This document shows, in pieces, positions 17,795 to 26,847 of a stretch of DNA of 64,000 nucleotides. A program made the translations under genes and the position numbers. This stretch comes from an uncultured Clostridia bacterium (GTDB taxonomy: Bacteria > Bacillota > Clostridia > Christensenellales > UBA1242): NCBI GenBank assembly GCA_947589025.1, contig CANQAY010000006.1, positions 2,755 through 66,754 of the forward strand, given 5' to 3'. The number at the start of each line of letters is the position of its first letter. The stretch's first letter is position 1. A model generated the notes under the pieces. The model searched no databases. It was given only the letters and a program-made list of their open reading frames with translations, and was not told the DNA's origin.

Positions 17795-18451
17795 TTATTT
17801 TTTGGCAACAATGTTGTAACTTTTATCTATTAAACTAAAAAGTTTTTGTTTTGGGGTGGCCTTGTTTAAAAGCACGGTTACCCAATATTTTTTGTTCATG
17901 TGATAGGCGGGAAAAATAAATTTGTTATCTGTAAGGCTTAAAATTTCCTCTGGTGGCAATTTTAGGTTAATTACGCTTACTAAGGTTTTATCTTTAAGCC
18001 CAAGCCTATCTGCCCCAACGTCCATAATTAGCGCAAACCACTTTTTGCTTGATGGATTTTTAAAGGTGCAAAAGGTTGGGTATTCCGCCCAAGGAAATTC
18101 TGGCAGAACACCATAGTTATTTTTAATTGTTTCAATAACAATCTCTCGCGTGTTGGTGTTAATAAAGCATTTTTGGCAAACATCTTCAATTTTTTGGCTT
18201 ATTTGCTGGCGCAAACTGTTAACAAATGTGCCATCAAAATCTTTTAAATTAATATTTTCATACATTTCGCCAAAATTAACATCAAAAAGGTCCACTTTAA
18301 ATTCACTATCTGTTAGGCTTATTTGGGCAACAAATTCGCCGTTTTCAATGGGGAAATTAAGCAAAAACACATCATTTTTTGCGCTAAAGCCATATTTTTT
18401 TAATTTTTTCTTATCAATTTCATGAGTTTTTAAAATGTAACTAAAATCCAT
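17795..18451 (-). CDS. MmcQ/YjbR family DNA-binding protein with an N-terminal extension
   Basis: The C-terminal half (PEFPWAEYPTFCTFKNPSSKKWFALIMD...PAYHMNKKYWVTVLL) matches the YjbR fold signature from memory. Start taken at MDFSYIL (18451). Confidence 0.6.
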   Translation of the reverse strand: MDFSYILKTHEIDKKKLKKYGFSAKNDVFLLNFPIENGEFVAQISLTDSEFKVDLFDVNFGEMYENINLKDFDGTFVNSLRQQISQKIEDVCQKCFINTNTREIVIETIKNNYGVLPEFPWAEYPTFCTFKNPSSKKWFALIMDVGADRLGLKDKTLVSVINLKLPPEEILSLTDNKFIFPAYHMNKKYWVTVLLNKATPKQKLFSLIDKSYNIVAKK

Positions 18452-18463
18452 AACCCCATTATA
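18452..18463 (-). promoter_or_regulatory. -10 box placed for a leaderless start
   Basis: The minus strand reads TATAAT, then ggggtt (6 nt), then ATG at 18451. Confidence 0.4.
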
Positions 18464-18517
18464 TATTGTTAACCGCATTAAAGCAAACAAATTGAAATAA
18501 AAAGTTATTAAAAACTA

Positions 18518-18546
18518 TTGACAATTAAACTAAATTTAATTATAAT
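18518..18546 (+). promoter_or_regulatory. rplM-rpsI operon promoter
   Basis: TTGACA (18518-18523), 17-nt spacer, TATAAT (18541-18546). Confidence 0.7.
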
Positions 18547-18552
18547 AACAAA

Positions 18553-18705
18553 GTATTGCTTAAATTAAGCAATTTTTCTACCACACGGAAACTTTGCTTA
18601 ATCGGCCTTTGAACGCGAAATAAAAGGCCCAATAAAGTGGAATTTCTGTCAACAAAGTTGATTGAAAATTCTTGGAAAGAAAATAAATATTAAGGAGAAA
18701 ATTAA
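18553..18705 (+). promoter_or_regulatory. Structured 5' leader of rplM (possible L13-type ribosomal protein leader)
   Basis: Hairpin ATTGCTT/AAGCAAT plus T4 (18555-18577). Nested helices ACTTT/AAAGT (18591-18595 with 18634-18638) and GGCCTTT/AAAGGCC (18604-18610 with 18623-18629). The family is not verified. Confidence 0.35.
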
Positions 18706-19143
18706 ATGAAAACAATTATGGCAAAACCTTCCACTGTTGAAAAAAAGTGGTATATTATAGACGCTGACGGCAAGGTTTTGGGCAGGGTTGCTGCTGAGGC
18801 TGCAATGCTTCTTCGCGGCAAACACAAACCAACCTTTACCCCAAATGTTGACTGTGGCGATAATGTTATTATTATTAATAGTGACAAATTAGTGCTAACT
18901 GGCAGAAAGGCAGAGCAAAAATACTTTAAGCGCTATTCTGGTTATCAATCTGGCTTGCATTTAACACAATACAAGGCAATGATGGCAGAAAAAAGTGACG
19001 TTGCCCTAATGCGCGCAATTAAGGGTATGCTTCCAAAAAATAGTTTGGGCAGAACCATGGCAAAACATGTTCATATTTATAAAGGTGCTGAGCACAATAA
19101 CGCAGCACAAAAACCAGAAGTTTGGAATGGAGGTAAAAATTAA
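18706..19143 (+). CDS. rplM: 50S ribosomal protein L13
   Basis: 145 aa with the typical L13 N-terminus ([16 protein letters not shown]) and an AAGGAG SD. Confidence 0.97.
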   Translation: MKTIMAKPSTVEKKWYIIDADGKVLGRVAAEAAMLLRGKHKPTFTPNVDCGDNVIIINSDKLVLTGRKAEQKYFKRYSGYQSGLHLTQYKAMMAEKSDVALMRAIKGMLPKNSLGRTMAKHVHIYKGAEHNNAAQKPEVWNGGKN

Positions 19144-19916
19144 TGGCAGAAGCAAAGAAAACAACTAAAGCAGCTGAAGAAAAGGAAGTTAAAAAGCCAG
19201 CTAAAAAAGCGGCTGAACCTAAAGCTGAAACCAAAACCGCTGCAACAAAGGCAAAAACAACTAAAGCAAAGGAAGAAACAGTAAAAGCCCCAGCTAAAAA
19301 ACCTGCAACTAAAAAGGCAGAAACTGCTGAAAAGAAACCAGCAGCTAAAGAAACTAAAACAACTGAAAAGAAACCTGTTGCTAAAGAAACTAAAACTGCT
19401 GAAAAACCAGTTAAAGAAACTAAAACTGTTAAAGCCGCAAAAACTGAGGCTAAAACCGAAGTTAAAAAAGAAGAAGTTAAAAAACCAGCAGCTAAAAAGC
19501 CTGCAACTAAAAAAACCGTTAAAGGCAAAGCACAAGAATTTCAAGGCACCGGCAAAAGAAAATGCTCTGTTGCCCGCGTGCGCTTAACCACCGGCACCGG
19601 CAGCATAACTGTTAATGGTGAAACGCTTGACAACTATTTTGATATGGAAACATTAAAAACAGTTGTTAAACAACCACTTGTGTTAACCGACACTTTAACC
19701 AGCGTGGATGTTGTTGCAAACATCTATGGTGGCGGCAAGTCTGGTCAGGCTGGCGCATTAAGGCACGGCATAACCAGGGCTTTAATTGAATTTAGGCCAG
19801 AACTTCGTGCAGAGCTTAAAAAAGCAGGTTTTGTAACCCGTGATGCAAGAAAGAAAGAGCGTAAAAAATATGGTTTGCACAAAGCTCGTAAGGCTCCACA
19901 ATTCAGTAAACGTTAA
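19143..19916 (+). CDS. rpsI: 30S ribosomal protein S9 with a roughly 125-aa Lys/Ala/Thr/Glu/Pro-rich N-terminal extension
   Basis: The C-terminal ~130 aa are canonical S9 (GTGKRK...RKAPQFSKR). The N-terminus consists of degenerate KETKT/EKKPAAK repeats. The start overlaps the rplM stop (TAATG). Confidence 0.93.
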   Translation: MAEAKKTTKAAEEKEVKKPAKKAAEPKAETKTAATKAKTTKAKEETVKAPAKKPATKKAETAEKKPAAKETKTTEKKPVAKETKTAEKPVKETKTVKAAKTEAKTEVKKEEVKKPAAKKPATKKTVKGKAQEFQGTGKRKCSVARVRLTTGTGSITVNGETLDNYFDMETLKTVVKQPLVLTDTLTSVDVVANIYGGGKSGQAGALRHGITRALIEFRPELRAELKKAGFVTRDARKKERKKYGLHKARKAPQFSKR

Positions 19917-19928
19917 AATTTTAACATT

Positions 19929-19956
19929 GAAAAACCCGCATTTCGCGGGTTTTTTT
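19929..19956. terminator. Bidirectional terminator after rpsI
   Basis: Stem CCCGC/GCGGG (19934-19938 with 19944-19948), flanked by an A-run and a T7 tract. Confidence 0.7.
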
Positions 19957-20257
19957 ATGATTTCTTTATAAATTGAATTAAATTATCCTTCCTGTCTTTG
20001 GATAAAGATGTTATTAATTGATAAAGTTCATTATCTCTATCATATGTTCTATAATTTGGCGCAAAAAATTCACTTTCCGAAACTTCTAACGCCGAAATAA
20101 TATCCTCAAAAACAGAAATTGGCAAATTAAAAGGTTTTGCTTCTAATCCATTTATATAATTTTTGCCTTTCCCTATCATCAAACTTAATTCTCGCGCGCT
20201 TAAACCTTTTAAATTTCTAAAATATGTAATTCTATTAATTATTTCATTTAATTCCAT
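19955..20257 (-). CDS. XRE-family helix-turn-helix transcriptional regulator
   Basis: 100 aa with an HTH segment LKGLSARELSLMIGKGKNYINGLE. Confidence 0.7.
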   Translation of the reverse strand: MELNEIINRITYFRNLKGLSARELSLMIGKGKNYINGLEAKPFNLPISVFEDIISALEVSESEFFAPNYRTYDRDNELYQLITSLSKDRKDNLIQFIKKS

Positions 20258-20269
20258 AAATTTATTATA
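20258..20269 (-). promoter_or_regulatory. -10 box placed for a leaderless XRE start
   Basis: The minus strand reads TATAAT (20264-20269), then aaattt (6 nt), then ATG at 20257. Confidence 0.45.
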
Positions 20270-20374
20270 TGTTGAAAAATATTTTTGCTGCCCTATGTCA
20301 CATATTAAATTAATATATTTTATGCATTTTTACTAGGTGTTATCAATTTTGTTTGTGCTTCAAATAAAAATTTA

Positions 20375-20386
20375 TATAATATTTAT
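20375..20386 (+). promoter_or_regulatory. -10 box placed for a leaderless start
   Basis: TATAAT (20375-20380), then atttat (6 nt), then ATG at 20387. Confidence 0.45.
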
Positions 20387-20857
20387 ATGAATTACAATGT
20401 ATCATCATGTAAAACATGTGCTTTATTTGGGCATAGAAAATATGTTCGTTTAGATCAAAATGAATTATATATGGCAGTTCTTGAATTGGTTAAAAGTGGA
20501 GTTTCCACTTTTTATGTTGGCACACATGGAGATTTTGACGCACTAGCCTATTCTACACTGGTTAAAATAAAAAGACAATTTGATATTAAAATCTTTTTGG
20601 TGTTTACAAATGCCCAAATTTTTAAAACTGACAATGGCGTAAAAATTAATGATATTTATCCGGACGCAGAATGTATTTCATTTGAAGTGGAACAATTACA
20701 TTTCAAACAACGCATTATTGAAACCAACAAATATATTGTGAATAAAAGTGACATAGTCCTTTGTTATGTAAATCTTAATGAAATAACAAGTGGTGCTAGA
20801 CGCGCAATTCTTTATGCTATGCACAAAAATTTGCCCGTAATAAATCTTTTTAAATAA
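20387..20857 (+). CDS. SLOG/DUF1273 (YpsA-like) family protein
   Basis: 156 aa. The N-terminal CALFGHRKY and YVGTHGDFD segments resemble the DUF1273 Rossmann-like fold. Assignment is from memory only. Confidence 0.45.
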   Translation: MNYNVSSCKTCALFGHRKYVRLDQNELYMAVLELVKSGVSTFYVGTHGDFDALAYSTLVKIKRQFDIKIFLVFTNAQIFKTDNGVKINDIYPDAECISFEVEQLHFKQRIIETNKYIVNKSDIVLCYVNLNEITSGARRAILYAMHKNLPVINLFK

Positions 20858-21042
20858 AAAGAGAGATGTTTTTTACGCTCGAAACTACAAATCATCTAAG
20901 TTATAAATTGTTTAATATTAATTCACTAAATAATTTAAAACAAATATTGTAATTTTTTAAGAGCATAGAACTATCTCTCTATATGTAAGGGGTTACCTTA
21001 CAATAGTATTTTGTGAGCATTTTTAATATTTATGCATTAAAA

Positions 21043-21462
21043 TTATTTTTTATCCTTTAAAAGCTTAATTAATTCGGTTGCTGTGGTGTTTGCCGGAGCC
21101 GAAATTGTGGCAACATTTTGCATAAATGATTGCATTTTTTTATTAATTTTTGATAAATTTTCACATTCTAATAGCACAATTTTGCTGTTAACAAACAATT
21201 TAAAATGGCTGTTAGATAAAAACATATCGTTAGAAATGCCTATAACGGCGTTGTTTTCTTTAGATAGGCCTTTAAGCAAGTTGGTTTCGGTCTCTTGCAA
21301 AATGTCATCTATTAAATTTAATGGGTTATCGGCCGTTGCAAGCAGATAATCATCAAAATTAGAGTTGGCGTCTATATAATTATATTTAAGCAGTTTAGAT
21401 AACTCTATTGCAAAATTTTTTGCCAAGTTATCGTTTAAACTAACAACTACAATATTTTTCAT
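21043..21462 (-). CDS. Hypothetical protein, shikimate-kinase-like fold with a degenerate P-loop
   Basis: 139 aa. The N-terminus MKNIVVVSLNDNLAKN aligns where kinases carry GxxGxGKS/T, but the Gly and Lys residues are absent. GAGGGGA SD. Confidence 0.4.
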   Translation of the reverse strand: MKNIVVVSLNDNLAKNFAIELSKLLKYNYIDANSNFDDYLLATADNPLNLIDDILQETETNLLKGLSKENNAVIGISNDMFLSNSHFKLFVNSKIVLLECENLSKINKKMQSFMQNVATISAPANTTATELIKLLKDKK

Positions 21463-21517
21463 ATTTCCCCTCTTTATTAGTTTAACAAATAAATTAATAT
21501 ATTACAACTAAAAAATA

Positions 21518-22546
21518 TTATTTGCCTGCATTTTTGCGGCTAAATTTAGCATATTTTATAAAATTTGCCAACAAAATTATAATAATTATAAAGTTAATGC
21601 CCAATATAATATATCTTATTTCTACCGATAATCCCGTTATTGTGTAACTGCCCGTTGCAAGTGCTAAATTGCCATTTTTAACGGTAAAAAGAATGTTGCC
21701 TAAAGCATCCGTTCGCAAAGTTGTTGCCCCAACAAGGGCAAGATTTTCGCAAACAATGTCACTTGGATGTCCGTAATTGTTTGTTCCGCATGAAATTACC
21801 GCATATTTTGGTGTAATCGCCTGTAAAAATGGCAAGCTGGACGACGTTTTGCTGCCATGATGTGCCACTTTTAACACATCGCAATCAAGGTCGTTTGCGT
21901 AAATATTTAAAAGTTCCGCTTCTTTATCACTAGAAATATCGCCCGTAAACAAAAATTTATAATTATTATATGTCAACTTTATAAGCGGGCAACTGTCGTT
22001 TGAATTATCATAACTAATTGGCCCATAAAATTGAAATAAATAATTTGCACCAGCAATAATTTCTTTATCCTTGTTTATAATTTTGTTGATGTTTTGCTTT
22101 CCAATTTCTAGCAATAAATTGTTTGCCTCTTCATTTTCCTCTTTAAAAGGGGAAATATAAACATTTTCAATATCAAAATTTTCAATTAAGCGCCTTGCCC
22201 CGCCAATGTGGTCGGTATCAAAATGCGTTAAAATAAGATAATCTATTTTGTTGCCCCGCTTGTTGTTAAACACGTTTGTTTGCAAATAGTTGGTAAATTG
22301 CACGTTTAAATCCACCGTGCCGGTGTCTATTATTGCAACCTTATCATCGGGCAAATTTATTGCAACCGCATCACCCTGCCCAACTGAAATAAAATGCACT
22401 AAAAGATTGGCATTTTCTACTATGTTATTTTTTAAAAGCATGCTGGATATAAGCGCATTAAAAACAGGGGCAAAAATGCTTGCAACAGATAAAATTGATA
22501 TAAAAATTAAACTTATTATTACATTTTTCTTTAGTTTTTGTTCCAT
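21518..22546 (-). CDS. ComEC/Rec2-related metallo-beta-lactamase domain protein
   Basis: N-terminal TM helix followed by MBL motifs (HFISVGQGDAVAI, ILTHFDTDHIGG, LKVAHHGSKTSSS). It lacks the competence channel domain. Confidence 0.8.
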   Translation of the reverse strand: MEQKLKKNVIISLIFISILSVASIFAPVFNALISSMLLKNNIVENANLLVHFISVGQGDAVAINLPDDKVAIIDTGTVDLNVQFTNYLQTNVFNNKRGNKIDYLILTHFDTDHIGGARRLIENFDIENVYISPFKEENEEANNLLLEIGKQNINKIINKDKEIIAGANYLFQFYGPISYDNSNDSCPLIKLTYNNYKFLFTGDISSDKEAELLNIYANDLDCDVLKVAHHGSKTSSSLPFLQAITPKYAVISCGTNNYGHPSDIVCENLALVGATTLRTDALGNILFTVKNGNLALATGSYTITGLSVEIRYIILGINFIIIIILLANFIKYAKFSRKNAGK

Positions 22547-23337
22547 TATTGCTTTTTATATTTGCCCGCAAAAAGTTTTTTTATTTCGGGCATTGCCTCC
22601 ATTGTGGCTTTGTAGCCTTCTTTAATCATATCATTTTTGCCGTTTATTTTCAACGATTTAAGGCGCTTTAAATTAGGGCAAATAATAATATCGCTACATT
22701 TTATGCCCCTTTTTGAGTTATTAACCATCATAATGCCTATGCTGGTTGTAAATTGGGTTAAAAGTTTTTCGCTATTTGTGCCGCCACCGCGGGTGCAATT
22801 GCAATCTATTGTTACAACAAAATCATACCCGTTATTTTTAAGCACATCGGCAGGAATATTGTTGCTAACTCCACCGTCAATAAGTGTCATATTCCTATAT
22901 TTAACGGGCAAAAACACGCCCGGAATGGCACAACTGCCCGCAATAACTTTAGCTAAATTACCATTGTTAAAATGAATTTCCTTGCCCGTTTTTAAATCTA
23001 CCGCCACGGCAAAATATGGCATGTTAAGGTCTTCAATGCGGGTTACGGGCATAACATTTTCAATTATTTCTTGCAAGCCGTTTAAACTAGATGGCAAAAA
23101 CCCAAGTTTAGAGTGCCTAAAATCCTTATCTTTAATGCCATATGTTAATTTGTACATATCTTCATAACTAAGTCCGCTTGCATAAAGTGCACCAAACAGG
23201 CTGCCCGCACTTGTGCCCGCCACGGCATCAAACTGAATATCGTTATCTTCAAAGGCTTTAAACGCACCCATAAACGAAAATCCGCGAGTTCCACCCCCGC
23301 TTAAACATAGCCCAACTTTAAATTTGCGTTTTTTCAT
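22546..23337 (-). CDS. Patatin-like phospholipase
   Basis: Oxyanion GGGTRG, nucleophile elbow GTSAGS and a catalytic DGG motif. Start taken at MKKRKFKVG (23337). Confidence 0.85.
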   Translation of the reverse strand: MKKRKFKVGLCLSGGGTRGFSFMGAFKAFEDNDIQFDAVAGTSAGSLFGALYASGLSYEDMYKLTYGIKDKDFRHSKLGFLPSSLNGLQEIIENVMPVTRIEDLNMPYFAVAVDLKTGKEIHFNNGNLAKVIAGSCAIPGVFLPVKYRNMTLIDGGVSNNIPADVLKNNGYDFVVTIDCNCTRGGGTNSEKLLTQFTTSIGIMMVNNSKRGIKCSDIIICPNLKRLKSLKINGKNDMIKEGYKATMEAMPEIKKLFAGKYKKQ

Positions 23338-23404
23338 AAAAATTAGTATAAGCAAAAAAACTTAAATTAAACAAAAAATCCCTAAAAATTAGGGATTTTT
23401 GTTA

Positions 23405-24565
23405 TTATTTACCTTCAGAACCATTGCCGTTCTTTTCGCGCAATTTTTCAAGAGTTAACTTAGTGCTTTCAATGTCGGCTTCAATGTTGGCAATTTGATC
23501 TTCCAAAATGTTGTTGGTGTGTTCCAAAATTGGATATCTATCTTTATTTGCATTAATAACTTCTTCGCAATGTTGAACACTTAAACGCAAGCCGTCAAGA
23601 AGTTCAAGTTCGTCAGCAAGCTTTTGAGCCTTTTCTTTGTCGATATCAACATAGTTGTTAACGCCATATAAAGCAACTTTTTGTTTAGCAACAAGTGCTT
23701 CACGCCTTCTTAACTTGGTTTGATTCTTTTCAAGCTCGTTCATCATCTTTTTAAGAGGACGATATTCTTTTTGGTTAATTCTAAATTCACGCCTTGCATT
23801 TTTAAGCCTTTCTTCCAAAACTGCCAAGCGATTTTCACATTCCTCTTCTGTCATATCCAAGGTTACAACAGTGTGAGTAGTTTGTGCTTCGCTTAATTTT
23901 TTGTTTGCTTCAGCAAGTTCAGCTTTAAGCCTTTCAATTTCTTCATTTTGAGCTGGCTCAGTTGCAGGCTCGCTAACTGGCTCTTCAACAGTTTCTTCAG
24001 CTGTTTCAGTAACTGCTTCTTCTGTATTTTCAGTTTCTTCAGTTTCAGTTTGATTTAATAAATCGTCAATGCTGTAAGATTGAAGTTCTTCATTCATTTG
24101 AGGTTCTTCAACATTTTCTCTCTCTTCATCAACAACTTCGTCAGAAATTTCGTCTAACAAGCTATCTAAGTCTACATCTTCATCTTCAGCGGCTTCTTCT
24201 TTAACTTCAGCTTTTTCAGCGTTTTCTTTTAAGTCGTTTTCAATTTTAGCCAAATCTTCATCTTCTTGCTCGTCTAAAGCAACAACAGTTTCGTCTTCTT
24301 CAGATTTTGCCAATTTAGCCTCTTCTTCTGCCTTAGCTTGATTGATTGCTTCAAAATCATATTCTTTATTGGCAGTAGTTTCGTTGTTAAGTTGTTTGTA
24401 TTGAGTATAGTCCAATACTTGACCTTGAGGTTGGGTGTTTTCATTTTTTCTATCATTATCAAACACACCAATAATCATGTGCCCTAGGAAAGCAATAATG
24501 CCACCTACGACAACTACAATAGCAACAATTGCTAATATGCTTACAAAAGCCATCCATGCGTTCAT
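23405..24565 (-). CDS. Membrane-anchored protein with an acidic low-complexity region and a C-terminal coiled coil
   Basis: 386 aa with an N-terminal TM helix, a long E/D-rich stretch and heptad-like C-terminal sequence. AGGAGA SD. Confidence 0.5.
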   Translation of the reverse strand: MNAWMAFVSILAIVAIVVVVGGIIAFLGHMIIGVFDNDRKNENTQPQGQVLDYTQYKQLNNETTANKEYDFEAINQAKAEEEAKLAKSEEDETVVALDEQEDEDLAKIENDLKENAEKAEVKEEAAEDEDVDLDSLLDEISDEVVDEERENVEEPQMNEELQSYSIDDLLNQTETEETENTEEAVTETAEETVEEPVSEPATEPAQNEEIERLKAELAEANKKLSEAQTTHTVVTLDMTEEECENRLAVLEERLKNARREFRINQKEYRPLKKMMNELEKNQTKLRRREALVAKQKVALYGVNNYVDIDKEKAQKLADELELLDGLRLSVQHCEEVINANKDRYPILEHTNNILEDQIANIEADIESTKLTLEKLREKNGNGSEGK

Positions 24566-24700
24566 AATTAAATCTCCTTTTTTAACTGGTTATATTATAC
24601 AGCACTTTTTTTAATTTTTCAATACCTTTTTTAAAAATTTTTTAAAATTTTTCAATTTTTTGCCGTTTTTTTGGCAAAATTTGCTCATTTTTTACCAAAT

Positions 24701-26005
24701 TTAGCAATTTCTTAACCCTTTTGGGTAACAATTTTTGAATTTGGAAGCACTAATTTTGTACCCTCCAAGCGGGCAATTGTTAATTAAAATGGCCCCGTAG
24801 CCGTCAGTTTTTTGATCTTCCAAGGTTTCTCCTCGCAGATATTTTATAACTTTTGGCGAGTGAAAATCTAAATTTATTGTTCTAATAAAATTTTTGCCAA
24901 AGGCAGAAAACAAATTGTGATGAGGCACAACCAATTTATTTTTAACCGCTGCCACCCTAACGCCCAAACTTATGTAATTAACATCTCGTTTTATAAAGTT
25001 CTCATCAATTATATTATATGTAAAATTTTTATAATCATATATATTTAATTTAACATTTGTGTTGTCTTCAACAAATTTTTCTGCCAAAAAATTGCGTTTT
25101 AGTTTTAAATTTGGGGCAGAAAGATGCAAATTTTCCTCATTTTTTTGAAGTAATGCAACAAATTGCCCTTCCCCTTTATTTTGAAAGGGATAAATCCTAA
25201 CCGCTTCTTTTAAGCCAATGCCACGCATAAATGGTGCACTTATGTTTATTAATTTATAGTTGTGTTTTGCCAAAAAGTTTTTAATAACGCCCTCATTCTC
25301 TTCATACGAATAGGTGCAAGTAGAATAAATTAAAAATCCGTTTTGCTTTAAACACTCGTTTGCATTTTCCAAAATTTCTAATTGCCTAACGGCACACATT
25401 TGTGGCAAATTTTCGTTCCATTCGTCAATTACAAGCTGTCCGCGCCTAAACATACCCTCACCGCTGCAAGGGGCATCCACCAAACAAACGTCAAAGCTGT
25501 TGGCATACGCTTGTGCCAAATTTTTTGGGGTGTCGTTAGCAATAATTACGTTTTTAAGGCCCAATCTTTCTACATTTGAATATAAAATTTCGCTTCGCGC
25601 ACGGTTAATTTCGTTAGCAACCACCACGCCATTTGGAACAAGGTTGGCAATTTGAACAGTTTTCCCGCCCGGGGCGGCACACATATCTAAAACATTTTCA
25701 TTTCCTTTAAAATTATGTGCGTTAACCGTAAACATGGCGCTTGGGTCCTGAATATAAAACGCACCGGCGTGATGCAGCGGATGTTTGCCCTTCTTTTCAT
25801 TATCCACATAAAAGCCCGTTTTAACATATTCAATTTTTTCAACATTAAAATCGACAATTTTTAAAAAATCTTCTAATTTAATTTTGTTTTCGTTAACAAA
25901 AATGCCTTTAACTTCAGGTTCGTTAAGGCTTTTTAAAAATTTAGGATAATTTTCTTTTAACATATCCTTCATTCTATTTAAAAATGCACTTGGAAAATTT
26001 AACAT
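24701..26005 (-). CDS. RsmB/RsmF-type rRNA cytosine-C5 methyltransferase (NOL1/NOP2/Sun family)
   Basis: SAM motif DMCAAPGGKT and the catalytic motifs DAPCSGEGMFRR and YSTCT. Confidence 0.85.
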   Translation of the reverse strand: MLNFPSAFLNRMKDMLKENYPKFLKSLNEPEVKGIFVNENKIKLEDFLKIVDFNVEKIEYVKTGFYVDNEKKGKHPLHHAGAFYIQDPSAMFTVNAHNFKGNENVLDMCAAPGGKTVQIANLVPNGVVVANEINRARSEILYSNVERLGLKNVIIANDTPKNLAQAYANSFDVCLVDAPCSGEGMFRRGQLVIDEWNENLPQMCAVRQLEILENANECLKQNGFLIYSTCTYSYEENEGVIKNFLAKHNYKLINISAPFMRGIGLKEAVRIYPFQNKGEGQFVALLQKNEENLHLSAPNLKLKRNFLAEKFVEDNTNVKLNIYDYKNFTYNIIDENFIKRDVNYISLGVRVAAVKNKLVVPHHNLFSAFGKNFIRTINLDFHSPKVIKYLRGETLEDQKTDGYGAILINNCPLGGYKISASKFKNCYPKGLRNC

Positions 26006-26020
26006 ATTTTTATTATAGCA
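26006..26020 (-). promoter_or_regulatory. Extended -10 box placed for a leaderless start
   Basis: The minus strand reads TGcTATAAT, then aaaaat (6 nt), then ATG at 26005. No SD. Confidence 0.5.
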
Positions 26021-26095
26021 AAATATGCAAAAAAACTCTACATTTTGTTGATTTTTTTTGCAATTTTATTTAAACTATTGTTAAGGGGTGATAAT

Positions 26096-26824
26096 ATGAG
26101 GCCATTTGATATTATTAGGCAAAAACGAAGATTTGAAATGTTTAGTGAAAAAACCAAAGACCAAGTGCTTGAACTTAACTCTTTTTTTGGCAAATATAAC
26201 ATGAATTTTGAAGAAAAAATTAAAAAAAGATTTATATATTACGATACTCCAAACAGAGATTTGCAAAAATCTAACATTGTGCTATTTAAAACCATTATTG
26301 GCAATTTTTGCGAGCTTAACATGGCAACCGAAAAAATTAGCAGCACCTCACTTTACACATTGCGCACCAACTATAAGCATTTTAAAACTCCCGCCAAGCC
26401 AATGGATAGGCCATTTAAACATAAAGATTTTTTAATTAACAACTTTAAATCTATGTTTATGTCGTCTATTAATTTTGACCCAGAATTTCTGTTGCAAAAA
26501 CTTGAGCCAATGTATATTTTGGATACCTTAAGTAATGAATACCGCAGTGCAAACATAACTGGCCTTAAAATAACCTATTCGTTTGACAAAGATGTTTACA
26601 CTAATTTAGAAAATAAAATTAAAGCCACCGCACACATTTTAACTATTTATCAGCATAGTGGAGACAACACCGATGCGGATTTTGATGATTTAATAAGCAA
26701 ATTAAGCCGCTATTGCAAAGAACTTACCGCCACAAGCGAAACAAAAATTATGATTGCACGCAAATTAACCAAGCAAAAACCAGTTGAAGTTAAAACAAAA
26801 AAGAGCACTAAAAAACAAAAATAA
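26096..26824 (+). CDS. Hypothetical protein (possibly CYTH-like)
   Basis: Start at MRPFDII (26096) with an AAGGGG SD. The RFIYYDTPNRDL segment is reminiscent of CYTH domains, but this is a weak call. Confidence 0.4.
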   Translation: MRPFDIIRQKRRFEMFSEKTKDQVLELNSFFGKYNMNFEEKIKKRFIYYDTPNRDLQKSNIVLFKTIIGNFCELNMATEKISSTSLYTLRTNYKHFKTPAKPMDRPFKHKDFLINNFKSMFMSSINFDPEFLLQKLEPMYILDTLSNEYRSANITGLKITYSFDKDVYTNLENKIKATAHILTIYQHSGDNTDADFDDLISKLSRYCKELTATSETKIMIARKLTKQKPVEVKTKKSTKKQK

Positions 26825-26847
26825 ATAACAAAAAATAACCGCAAAGG

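Noticed and set aside
19180-19500. Tandem ~36-nt repeats that might be mistaken for a CRISPR-like or VNTR array.
   Set aside because: The repeats are imperfect, contiguous with no spacers, and in frame within rpsI. They encode the K/T/A/P-rich extension.
19019-19544. Two long antisense ORFs (169 and 134 aa, F/S/L/C-rich) opposite the rpsI 5' half.
   Set aside because: They mirror the Lys/Ala/Thr repeat region of S9. The low-complexity composition is an artefact of the repeat, and the sense strand carries a canonical S9 with translational coupling to rplM.
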